Source of the DNA: Chiloscyllium plagiosum
Lineage: Eukaryota
DNA: 64,000 bases
Direction: 5' to 3'
NCBI RefSeq assembly: GCF_004010195.1
Contig: NC_057750.1
Span: 8,599,524 to 8,663,523 of the forward strand
In this document: one piece after another, positions 23,140 to 35,078 of the stretch
Position numbering within the stretch: position 1 is the first letter of the stretch
Layout: each line of letters opens with the position of its first letter
Program-made: the position numbers and the translations under genes
The notes under the pieces: model-generated
Told to the model about the DNA's origin: nothing
What the model saw: only the letters and a program-made list of their open reading frames with translations
The model's database searches: none

Positions 23140-25760
23140 ATTTCCTCGTAAGATCTTCCTTCCATACCAGGCAATGTCCTAGTAAATCTCCTCTGAATCT
23201 TTTCCAAAACTTCCACATCCTTCCCATAATGCGGTGACCAGAACTGCAAGCAATACTCCAGGTGTGACCGCATTAGGGTCTTGTACAGCTGAAGCATGAC
23301 CTCATGGCTCCGAAACTCAATCCCCCGACCAATAAACACCAACACACCATATGCCTTCTTAACAACCCTATCAACCTGGGTGGCAACTTTCAGGGGTTTA
23401 TGCATTTGGACACCGAGATCTCTCTGTTCATCTACATTGCCAAGAATTTTACCATTAGCCCAGTACTCTGCATTTCTGTTACTTCTTCTGAAGTGAAGTG
23501 CCTCACACTTTTCCGCATTAAACTCCATTTGCCACCTCTCAGCCCAGCTCTGCATCTTATTTGTGTCCCTCTGTAACCCACAACATCCTTCGCACTATCC
23601 ATAACTCTGCCTTAGTGTCATCTGCAAATTTACTAACCCATCCTTCTAAGCCCACATCTAGATCATTTATAAAAATTACAAACAGCAGTGGCCCCAAAAC
23701 AGATCAATGCGGCACACCACTGGCAACTGAGCTCCAGGATGAACATTTCCCATCAACCACCACACTCTGTCCCTCTGTCTTCTTTCAGCTCGCCAATTTC
23801 TGATCCAAACTGCTAAACCACCTTCAACCCCGAAACTCCTTACTTTGTGCAACAGCCTACTGTGTGGAACCTTTTCAAACGCCTTACTGAAGTCCATATG
23901 CACCACATCAACCACCTTACCTTCATCTACCTGTTTTGTCACCTTCTTGAAGAACTCAATAAGGTTAGTGTGGCACAACCTACCCTTCACAAAACCGTGT
24001 TGACTATCCCAAATCAAATAATTCCTTTCCAGATGATTATATATCCTGTGTATTATAACCTTTTCCAACACCTTACCCACAACCGAAGTAAGGCTCACTG
24101 GCGTATAATTACCAGGGTTGTCCCGACTCCCCTTCTTAAACAAGGGAACAACATTTGCTATCCTCCAGTCCTCCAGCACTAGTCTTGTCGACAATGATGA
24201 CATAAAGATCGAAGCCAAAGGCTTTGCAATCTCCTCCCTGGCTTCCCAGAGAATCTGAGGATAAATCCCATCCGGCCCCGGGGTCTTGTCTATTTTCAGA
24301 TCTTCCAAAATTGCTAAAACCTCCTCTTTGTCAATCTCAATTCCATCTAATCTTGGAGCCTGTATCTCCGTATTCTCACTAACATTGTCCTTTTCTAATG
24401 TGAATACTGACGAAAAGTATTCATTAAGCGCTTCCCCTGTGTCCTCAGGTTCCACACATAACTTTCCACTACTATCTTTGATTGGCCCTAATCTTGTTGT
24501 AGTCACTCTTTTATTCCTGATATACCTGTAGAAGGCCTTAGGGTTTTCCTTGATCCTATCCACCAACAACTCCTCATGACCCCTCTGGCTCTTCTTAGCC
24601 CTCTCTTTCGATCTTTTCTGGCTAACTTACTACTCTCAAGCCCTCTAACAGAGCCTTCATGCCTCATCCCCACATACTTCTTCCTCTTCCTCTTGACAAG
24701 AGCTTCAACTTCTTTAGTAAATCATGGCTCCTTCTCTCGACAACTACCTCCCTGCCTGATGGGTGTATACTTATCAAGGACTCCTAGTAGTTGTTCCTTG
24801 AATAAGCTTCACGTTTCAAGAGTGTCCATCTCCTGAAGTTTCCTTTCCCATCCTATGCATCCTAAATCTTGCCTAGTCGCATCTTAATTGCCTTTCCTCT
24901 ATTATACCTCTTTCCATGCGATATATACTTATCCCTGCCCACTGCTATTGTAAACATAACTAAATTATGGTCACTATCGCCAAAGTGCTCACCTACCTCC
25001 AAATCTAACACCTGGCCAGGTTCATTACCCAGTACTAAATCCAATATGGCATCACCCCTTGTTGGCCTGTCTACATACTGTGTCAGAAAAACTTCCTGCA
25101 CACATTTAACAAAAACTGATCCATCTAAACTACATGAACTATAGTATTCCCAGTCAATATGGGTGCCCAGTGTGCAGCACGGTGGCACAGTGGTTAGCAC
25201 TGCTGCCTCACAGCGCAAGAGAGCTGGGTTCAATTCCCGCCTCCGGCAACTGTCTGTGTGAAGTTTGCACATTTTCCCCGTGTCTGCGTGGGTTTCCTCC
25301 GAGTGCTCCGGTTTCCTCCCACAGTCCAAAAATGTGCAGGTTAGTTGAATTGGCCATGCTAAATTGCCTGTAGTATTAGGTGAAGGGGTAAATGTCAGGG
25401 AATGGGTCTGGGTGAGTTGCTCTTCGGAGGGTCGGTGTGGATTTGTTGGGCCGAAGGGCCTGTTTTCACACTGTATGTAATCTAAGTAATCTAATCTAAT
25501 ATTAGAGAAGTTAAAGACCCCATAACAACTAGCCTGTTACTTTCACTTCTATCAAGAATCATCTTTGTTATCCTTTCCTCTACATCTCTGGAACATTTTG
25601 GAGGCCTATAGCAAATCTCTACTTTCCTGTTTCTAACCTCAGCCCAAACTATCTCAGTGGATGAGTCCTCAAACATTATCTCAGCTGCTGTAATACTACC
25701 CTTGATTAACAATGCCACACCCCCACCTCTTTTACCATCTTCTTTGTTCTTGCTGAAACA
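23140..25760 (-). mobile_element. CR1-clade LINE ORF2 (endonuclease plus RT), frameshifted and interrupted by HE1
   Basis: ORF 23676..24569 gives KTPGPDGIYP, WRIANVVPLFKKG, PVSLTSVVGKVLE, QHGFVKGR and DFSKAFEKVPH; upstream GDSDHN. Same family as 13900-14980. Confidence 0.93.
25173..25500 (+). mobile_element. HE1-type V-SINE inserted in a CR1 LINE
   Basis: gcagcacggtggcacagtggttagcactgctgcctcacagcg...gggttcaattcc (A/B boxes), V-domain and tail aatctaatctaa. AATAT is repeated on both sides (25156-25160, 25498-25502). Confidence 0.92.
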
Positions 25761-26135
25761 TCCTCAGGTTCTCATCACCCTGACAAACTAATTTAAACAC
25801 ACCCTAATAGCACTAACAACTCTCTCTGTGAGATATCAGTCCTAGTTCCATTAAGGTGTAACTGGTCCAGCTTGGACAAGTCCCAGTTGCCCCAGAGCTG
25901 ATCCCAGTGCCTCAGAAATCTCTCACTCTCCTTCCTGCAACCATTCTCCTGCTTCATATTCCAATGATCAATTCTCGTACTGGGAGTTATCCTGCGATTA
26001 CTGCTCTCGAGATCTTGCTTTTAGATTTCCTTCCCAACTCCCTGATATTTGGTTAAATTATATCCTTGAAGCTTTTCCGCTATCCTCCTGCCATGACTGA
26101 GTTCTACCTAGAGCTGTTTTATTGAGTCTGCTGTC

Positions 26136-26448
26136 AGATTAGATTCCCTACAGTGTGGAAGCAGACCCTTCAGGCCAACAAGTCCACACCGACTCTCCAA
26201 AGAGTAACCCACCCAGACCCGCTCACCTACTCCCTACTAATGCACTTATCACTATGGACAATTTAGCATGGCCAATTCACCTGGCCCGCACATCTTTGGA
26301 CTGTGGGAGGAAACTGGAGCACCCAGAGAAAACTCACGCAGACAAGGGCAGAATGTGCAAACTCCACATTCTGCCCGAGGCTGGAATCAAACCCGGGTCC
26401 CTGGCGCTGCAAGGCAGAAGTGCTAACCACTGAGCCACTGTGCCGCCC
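26136..26448 (-). mobile_element. HE1-type V-SINE
   Basis: Reverse-complement homolog of 25173-25500. Confidence 0.9.
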
Positions 26449-27599
26449 CACATGCGACAGCTGCCCAGAGGTACTGGTTTTGGGTGCTTAGTGACTTGAG
26501 GCAGGGCAAATTATTTCAGCAGAACCAAACCAACATTCAGATACAATATTAAACTAAAGTCCTGTCTGCCTTCTGAGTTCCAGCAGCATTATTATTACAA
26601 CAGGTTGCATTTATGTCACGCCTTAGGCCTGGTAAAATGCTCCCAAGGTGATTCATAAGAGGTAATGCTTGACACTGAGTCCACACAAGGCAATATTAGG
26701 TTGATGGCCAAAAGCTTGGGCAAAGCATCTTAGAATGATTTCAACACAGAAGGAAGTGTTACGTCTTGCAGTTTCCAAATAATTCTTTTTGACACAAATG
26801 CCGAAGTTTTTATCGAGTGTGTGTTTTACAGCCTTTCTTGTGGCAGGTGCACTGATATCCCTGGTACATTGACTGTAGAGAACTCTGTACATACACATGA
26901 CATAAAAGTTCCTTCACAGGCCAGTTGGCCGATAAAGCCATGCCTGCTGTCTGGACAGCAATCCACAGGCTCATTTATTTCGGCCCAGATGGGAAAATTG
27001 TGTTTGCACTGATCTCTGTTATACCCTACTCATCACTGGCTGACAAATAGGAAAAGACTGTTTATTTTAAATAAATGGCCAGATAATATGGTTTAGGTTT
27101 AGATCATAAAATAACTCTTTGCCAAGAGAACGATCTTGTGCTTCTTCAAGATCGTTTAAGTCTGACTGAGAAGGTGCACTGAGGCACAATGGCCCATCTA
27201 GTCCAGAAAGCACCCCTGCACACCCAACCTCTGACAGCAAGATTACATGTCAGCCTTGATTTGATGCTCAAGTCCCTGGGGTGGGACTTTGAACACTCGA
27301 CCTTCTGACACTAATAAGAAAGAGAGGCTTGCATTTATATATTAGAGATCAAGACTAGGCCAAGTCATTTCAGAAATGATTGAATTCGAAATATGTCGGG
27401 GATTCCCAGGGAGCATTCTCACGCGGCCATGTTGCTGCACTTGGAGAGAAAGGATGAGACCCGATTGTAATATCGTTGATTTACAGTTGAACAGGGTCAG
27501 TGCTGATTTGTAAGATGTGCTGGAAAGCACGGCACATTCCCAGTGCGTTAGCTTGGGAAGACCTCTGGCATTGAGCTCCTTGATCTGTCTGTTGGAAGA

Positions 27600-27990
27600 G
27601 TGAAAGAACTTACACTTATGAAGCATGTTGCATGACTTTGACATCGTAAACTACTTTCAATGAAGTATTTTTGAAGGGCACTGACTGTTGTAATGCAGGA
27701 GAAATAATAGCCAACATTTGCACAGCAAGCTTCCACAAGCAGAAACATGATAGCGACCAGATCATCTGTTTTAGTGATGTTGGTTGAGTGGTCAATCTTG
27801 ACCAGGAAACCAGGATGAACTTCTCTTTTTCCAAACAGTATCGTGTTCCATTTATGTGTGAATGAGAGGACAGACAACTGAAGTCCAGGCTCAAGTATCA
27901 TTCGAACGTTGGGTGCCTTTAAAAGTGCAACACTCTGAGCGGCAGCCAAGGGTTATGTGCCTGGAGTTGAACTTGAACCTACAACCTTCC
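27600..27990 (-). mobile_element. Deu-domain SINE
   Basis: Reverse-complement homolog of 3680-4088. Confidence 0.7.
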
Positions 27991-28944
27991 GACTCAGATG
28001 AGCTGAGTGGAAGGGTGCTGGAGATGTCCTGGCGCTGTACAACATGCAAGTACCAACTTGCTCTTAGGGGCTGTCTCCACTGTCATTCTTTACTCTTGTG
28101 ATTAGTGAATCTGTGGAACTCTTCACCACAGAGAGCTGGGTCATTAAGTTTTTAAGGCCTGAGATAAAGATATTTTTAATCAGGAAGGCAATCAAGGGTT
28201 ATGAGGAAAAGGCAGGAAAGTAGAGTTGAGGATTATCAGATCAACAATGATCTCATTGAATGGCCAAGCAGAGTTGATGGGCTGAATGGCCTACTTTTGC
28301 TCCTGCATCTAATGGCCTGACTTCCAAGATGGGAGCAAAAAGTAAATAGAACGTAATATTTGGAAATGAGCATAATAGTCATGCTGGAGATACATTTTGA
28401 AGTTGGTGGGTCAAGACAATATGTGACATTCGCGGTTTTACGACTCTTTTCTCTGGGACAGTACTGAACAGTGATGTTCAAGGCTTATTTTGAAGTGGAG
28501 ATGGATCAGTATTCTCTTATTTTCGGTCTGCACAGAACTCTGAGGTCCATGCTTGACTACAATCTCCGGAACCAGAAGTCAATATGGCATTTGCAATACG
28601 AAGACTCTTGGAACAGCTGTTAGAGCCCCACAGATTAGACGGGACCATAGGATGAATAGTGACGTTTGGGCCTGTGAATGTGAGGAGACAAAGAATCAGT
28701 TAAAGCTTCACTCCTCCTACATCTTTGGATGTGAGTCCTGTTGGTTGAGCTGGCAACTACTGCTCATGTTAATTCCCCCTGAGTAGTGGTGGTGAGTTGC
28801 CTTCTTGAACAGCTGCAATCTGTATGGTGTAACCCATGCTGTTAGGGAGGGAGTTCAGGATTTTGACCCAGTGACATTGAGGGAATAGCCAATATATTTT
28901 AGAATGGGATTCTGAGAGGGTATTGCTCCCAAGACTCTTTGATC

Positions 28945-29498
28945 CATGTTGCAGCTGTACAGGTTAGGCCAGTTTTGGAATATTGTATCCAATTCTGGTC
29001 TCCCTCCTGTTGGAAGGATGTTGTGAAACATGAATGGGTGCAGAAAAGATCTACAAGGATGTTACAGGGTTGGGGGGTTTGAGCCAAAGGGAGAAGCTGA
29101 ATAGGCTGAGTTTGTTTTCCCTGGAACAGCAGAGGCTGAGGGGTGACCTTATAGAGGTTTATAAAATCATGAGGGGCATGGATAGGGTCAGTGAACAAGG
29201 TCATTTCCCTGGGGTGGTGGAGTCCTGAACTAGAGGGCATAGGTTTAGGGTGAGAGGGAAAAATTTAAAAGGGACCTAAGTAGTGCGTTTATGGAATGAG
29301 CTGCCAGAGGAAGCGGTGTAGGCTGGTAGAATTACAACATTTAAAAGGCACATGGATGGGTATATGAATAGGAAGACTTTAGAGGGATATGGGCCAAGTG
29401 TTGGAGAATGGAACTTAATTAATTTAGGATATCTGGTCGGCATGGATGTATTGGTCCAAGAGGTCTGTTTCCGTGCTGTAAATCTCTATGACTCTATG
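28945..29498 (+). mobile_element. HER1/CR1 LINE 3' fragment
   Basis: LFSLEQQRLRGDLIEVYKIMRGMDR; ends ctctatgactctatg. Confidence 0.9.
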
Positions 29499-30529
29499 AA
29501 CTCATGGCTATGATGCTGCATGATAGCACTGTACAGGCTGGCTTCTGAAGAGCTGTGTGGCATCAGTAAAGTCAACATTGTCTTACCAGATTGTAGAACT
29601 GCTCTGTCATTGGAGAGAGAGAGAGAACTGACTGGTGATGGTTTAACCTGAGAGTCAGCATACTTCAGGCAAGGGGAGAGGTTGAGAAGGAGAGTCCTTT
29701 ATTATAACCCCAGCCAGTGTGAGAATTGAACCCATCCTGTTGACGTCACTCTGCATCGCAAACTAGCTGTCCAGCCAGTTGAGCTAACTGACTCGTGTGG
29801 CACTAGTAATTTTCAAAACCATCTGAAAATCCCACTGCTTACAAAAAGAGCACAAAACAGTTCTAATTGCTTTTTTTCCAGTGATGTTAAATATCGACAC
29901 ATGGAAAGAGGACAGGGATGTGTGTGGGGTGGGGGGGGGGAGTGGGGTAGTGGGTGAATACAAACAAGAAAGCAAACATTAATGATTCATCTCTCACAAA
30001 TTGTTGTCTGAGTCAGTAATTGTTTCACTGCGCTCCTGCACAGTCCACTAACAGAATTACAATATGTCAATAGAGGCAGATAGAAATAATGGTCTGTGAA
30101 TGTATCAGATCGGACGCGAATACAGGAGACAGCTAATTAATAATGGCAGACGAAATTGCTTTTTTTATCAAGAGGTTCCACTTGGGCACTTATGTTTGTC
30201 TCCCAGACACTTCTGACTTGATAGATCTTGGCTATAAAGAGATTATTGGGGGATACAAAGTTCCTTTTTTCCACTTTTAATGGGCCTGATAAGGGCCACG
30301 AGACTTTGGACTGAGTTCATCTCGACTTCTATCTATTAATAAGCTTCCTCATGTGATAAATGGGTGCAGGATCTCTCTCTCTTGGGCATAAATTGCATTT
30401 AGTTGCCAATGTCCTTGAGAGAAGGGGAAGGTGCTAACAATCTGAGCCAAGGTTGACTCTTGATAAGAGTTGCCAACTCTTAAGTTGGATGTGTTTGTGG
30501 ACGTTACAACATATGACTTCTTCCCACCG

Positions 30530-31160
30530 ACATGGAATCACAGAATTGTTACAGTGCAGAAGGAGGCCATTCAGTCCATTGTGCTTTCCTCAGTTCTATT
30601 CTGAATACCGATCTCCTGCCTTTCCCCACATCCCTGCACACCATTACTTTTCAAATAATCATCAAATGCCTTCTTGAGTGTCTTAATTGAATCTGCCTCC
30701 ACCACATTTCCAGGCAGTGTAATCCAGACCCTAACTACTCACTGTGAGAAAATATATTTTCCTCACATCACTCTTGGTTTGCTTGAAAATCCCTTTAAAT
30801 CTATGCCCTTGTTCATTTTTTTCTTTTATGAGCAGGAACAGCTTCACCCTATCTGCACTATCCAGCCTGCTGATGATTTTGAAAATCTCTATCAAATTTC
30901 TTCTCAGTCTTCTCTTCAAGTAGAACAATTCCAACTTCTTCAATCTATCCTTATCACTGAAGTTTCTCATCCCTTGAATCGTTCTTGTAAATTGCACACC
31001 TCCTGGTTATTAGGTGATGTCCACAACTGTCAACAGTACTCCAGCTGAGGTCTGTCAACATCACCTCCCTGCTCTATGTTCTGATTAATAAATATGAGGA
31101 CACTGTATATTTTATTAAGTGTTCTCTCCACACATCCTGCCACCTTCAATGAGTTAAGCA
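30530..31160 (-). mobile_element. Older CR1-clade LINE 3' fragment
   Basis: RLKKLELFYLKRRLRRNLIEIFKII. Related copies at about 37280-37735(-), 50320-50790(-) and 54900-55262(+). Confidence 0.75.
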
Positions 31161-32749
31161 AATTGCCAATCTTGACCCCCAACCCCTACCTGATGTGGAC
31201 TTCATCGCGACAGAATGCCTCCCAGCCAATCAGAATGCAAACTCTCTGTTACCTAATTGGCTGATTCTTGTCTCTCAACCAAACGTTCATCTCCTTCCCA
31301 AATTTTGATTGTGACCAAAGACAACAAGAAAAAGTTCAAGCCAAATAATTTTTTTTCAAGGCTGCTGAGATTTGTTTCCAGGGTTTTGCTCTAGATTTAG
31401 TCTCAGCATCTGGAGACTCTCGGCCAATCCTGGAAGATTTGGAAACACTGCTGAAAGTCTCCTTGTGTATCTCGTAGTTAGACTACTGCAAAAGACAGCT
31501 CAGGACTATTTGCGTAGGATATCTGTGTGCCAGCAACTGTGGTTCAGTGGGTAACACCTTTGTCTATAGTTCAGAAGATTCAAGTCCTGCTGCAAGGCCT
31601 GAGTACAAAAATATGCACTGACATTATATTTCAGTACAGGGGGAGGGCTGTACTGTCAGAAGTGCACCCTTTCTGATCAAATATTGGATTGAAGCACCAT
31701 TTTACTGCTCTGGGAGCATGTCAAACACCAATGGTGCCATTTTTAATAAGAGTAGGGGAGGATTTTCTGCAGTGTCCTGTCTGATATGTATCGGCCAATC
31801 AACATTGACTGGCAAGTTTTAATTCCATTTAAGACAGATATGGGGTGAAATCTTTTCTCATAGGCTTGCGAGTTTTTGAAATTCCCTTCTTGAAAAGATG
31901 GTGGAACTACATTTTTCAATAATCTTAAGGCAGAGGTGGATAGAATCTTGTTAAGGGGCTGAAAGGCTATAAGGAGTAGGCAGAAGTGTGTTTGCAATAA
32001 GATCAGCCCTGATCTTATTGTATATTGGTACAAGCTTAGGGATTGAATGGCCTACTCCTGATTCATTTGCTCATACATATACAGGTACTGTTGAACTGAG
32101 GTTGTGAGAGATTAGCGCCTTGATGTTCACAATTTGGCTTGAGAGAGGATGCTGCTGTTGGATTATCTTTCCTCTTACTGTATTTGAAGGATATTGACGT
32201 ACAATCTCTGTTATATTATCAGGACTTTTTTTCATGACGAAGTCTGGGGGATAAATGTTGGCCAGAGGAGACAGCACTCGCTCTTTTCTTGAAATAGTGT
32301 CATTCCAGAGGCCATGGTTTCATGCTTCATCCAAAAGATGGCACCTCCAAAGACTGCGGCTCTCCCTTAGTGTGATCCTGGACTGTGCTGGGGGAGGCAG
32401 GGATACTTTGTGACCCCTACAAAATGAGCTGAATGGCTTACTCTTCCAATGAGTGTCAGTACATTAAAAAATCCAACAGCAGCATAAGAAAGTAGAAGGA
32501 GACTATTCAGCACTTCAATTGTGGTTCATCACACAATGGCTAACCTTCTACTTCAGCATCGTTTTTCTGTACCATCCCCATATCCCTTCATGATTTTAAT
32601 GTTTAGAAATCTATTGATCTCCATCTTAAACATTCTCAATAACAGAACCTTCACAGGCCTCTGGAATACAGAATTCCAGAGATTCATCCGCCTCTGAATC
32701 TGAGTGAAGAAATTCCTCCTCCTCTTAGATGTTCTCCTCAGCTTTGAAG

Positions 32750-33050
32750 AGTGGGAAGTGGTAATACCACAGGCTAACATTCTGGGAATATGGGTTCGAA
32801 TCCCACCAATGGCAGGTGGTGAAGTTTAAATTCAGTAAACCTAATCTAATGGTAAATGTTGTAAAAACCCATCTGGTTCACTAATGTTGTTTTCAGGAAG
32901 AAAATCTGCCATCATTATCTGGCCTGGTCTTTGTGTTACTCCAGATTCACAGCAATCTGACTGACTCTTACCTGCCCTCTGGGTAATTAGGAATAGCAAT
33001 AAGTGCTGGACTAATCAGTGATGCTCACATCCCATTTAAAAATAAAAAAA
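32750..33050 (+). mobile_element. SINE family 'B' copy
   Basis: B-box gggttcgaatccc, body catctggttcactaatg...actccagattcacagcaat...ctgccctctggg and tail aataagtgctgg...cacatccca + A-rich end. Confidence 0.75.
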
Positions 33051-33084
33051 AGTCCAAAATGGCCAGCCCCTTATTCTGACTCAA

Positions 33085-33547
33085 CATAGAGTCATAGAGA
33101 TGTGCAGCATGGAAACAGACCCTTCGGTCCAACCTGTCCATGCCAACCAGATATCCCAACACAATCTAGTCCTACCTGCCAGCACCCGGCCCATATCCCT
33201 CCAAATCCTTCCTAATCATATACCCATCCAAATGCCTCTTAAATGTTGCAATTGTACCAGCCTCCACCACATCCTCTGGCAGCTCATTCCATACACGTAC
33301 CACCCTCTGCGTGAAAAAGTTCCCCCTTAGGTCTCTTTTATATCTTTCCCCTCTCACCCTAAACCTATGCCCTCTGGTTCTGGACTCCCTGACCCCAGGG
33401 AAAAGTCTTTGTCTATTTATCCTGTCCATGCCCCTCATAATTTTGTAAACCTCTATCAGGTCCCCCCTCAGCCTCCGATGCTCCAGGGGAAACAGCCCCA
33501 GCCTGTTCAGCCTCTCCCTGTAGCTCAAATCCTCCAACCCTGGCAAC
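33085..33547 (-). mobile_element. HER1/CR1 LINE 3' fragment
   Basis: LPGLEDLSYRERLNRLGLFPLEHRRLRGDLIEVYKIMRG...WNELPEDVVEAG. Confidence 0.92.
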
Positions 33548-34953
33548 TGTACAAGGAGTTCTAATATTTGGAATGGGAGTCGATGTGCATTCACTTCACT
33601 CAATGGTGCAAGTACTCCCTACCAAGACTGGGCTGACAGCTGAGCTCTCAGTTGAAATTATCCCAAGGTTTAACTGACCTCGGCCTGTTTAATGCAGAAA
33701 TAGGATTTGTGAAGTGGTGACTTTTTTGTTCCCCAGGACTCTCATCCTTCATCTCCAGCATAATATGCAGCAGAGAAGTATAAGAAGTCGGATATAATTA
33801 ATGTGTTTGATGTTGTAAGCAGACCACGTCTCGTACAGCTCAGCTCCTGATAGTGTACGAGCAGGAATAACAGTCTGGAACAGAATGTTTAAGTAGAGGC
33901 AGGTAGTTGATGGAATGAAGATTAGGGACAAAAGGGAGATGAGGCCCCTTGAGTCTGCTTCACCATTCAATTAGATTGTGGCTGATCCATATTAACATCA
34001 CTTGTCCCCAGCTCCCCCAACCCTGATCCATAAGATCATAAGAAATGGAAGCAAGAGTAGGCCATTTAGCTCAGCACCTTATTCCAAAGACAGTTGATCT
34101 GATTGTGACCTCAACAGCACATTTCCAGATGATTCCCCAGAAGTCCGGACTCACTTGTCCATCTAACAACTGAGAGAACTGTGGATGCTGTAAATCAGAA
34201 ACAAAAGCAGAAATTTCTGGAAAATCTCAGTTCTGCAGAAGGTCAAAACATTAACTCTGATTTCTCTCTGAAGATGTTGCCAGACTTCTTGAGTTTTTCC
34301 TGCAATTTCTGTTTATGACCCTTGCCCATCTTCTGACCTAGTCATGAATTTGTTCAATTAGCACAGCTTCCCCTTCTCCCGATGGATGAAAATTACAAAG
34401 ACTAACAGGCTCTTAAGGGGGGAAAATAAATACTCCCTCAGCTTCATTTTAAAAAGGCGACCCCATATCTTTCAACTGTGCCACCTGCTTCTGATTTATC
34501 TCATGGGAAGCTATATCTTCTTAGCATCTGTTCTGTCAAGTTCTCCCCACCCTTCAAAATCATTAATAATAACTCCACTCCCCAGTTTCCTAATTCCCCC
34601 CAAAGTTCATCAGTTTCAGTCTTGATCTATATCCAAAGATGGAGCATTGACAGCTGTCTGGGGTAGAGAATCCCAAAGATTCATCTCTGTCTGAGGGAAG
34701 AAATTGCTGCTCATCGCAGTCTTAAAGGCTGACCAGTCATCCTGAGGCTATGACATCTGGTTCTAAACCAATGAACGTCAAACTTGTTCACCTGTGGACC
34801 ACTTGGTGAGGAAGTAAGACCATGGGCCCAATTACTCATCTGACCCCACCCACTTTCACTTGCCACCTCAAAAACATTCATCAGATTGAATGGAAATTCT
34901 TAATAATTTGCTGCTTTTAATTATCAAATGTAATCAATCTTAGTGCATTTTAG

Positions 34954-35078
34954 TGAAGAAGGGCTTATGCCCGAAACGTTGATTCTCCTGCTCCTCGGAT
35001 GCTGCCTGGCCTGCTGTGTTTTTCCAGCATCACTCTTTTCAACTCTGGTCTCCAGCATCTGCAGTTCTCACTTTCTGC
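34954..35078 (+). mobile_element. PLE terminal fragment truncated within the hammerhead core
   Basis: TGAAGAAGGGCTTATGCCCGAAACGTTGATT followed by the PLE tail ...ccagcatctgcagttctcactttct. Confidence 0.8.

Noticed and set aside
23676..24569. 297-aa RT ORF as an active or domesticated gene
   Set aside because: It frameshifts before the catalytic FADD region, the element is truncated and interrupted by HE1, and it is an ordinary decayed CR1 copy.
25173..25245. SINE heads as functional tRNA genes
   Set aside because: They have A/B boxes but no full cloverleaf and continue into V-SINE bodies.
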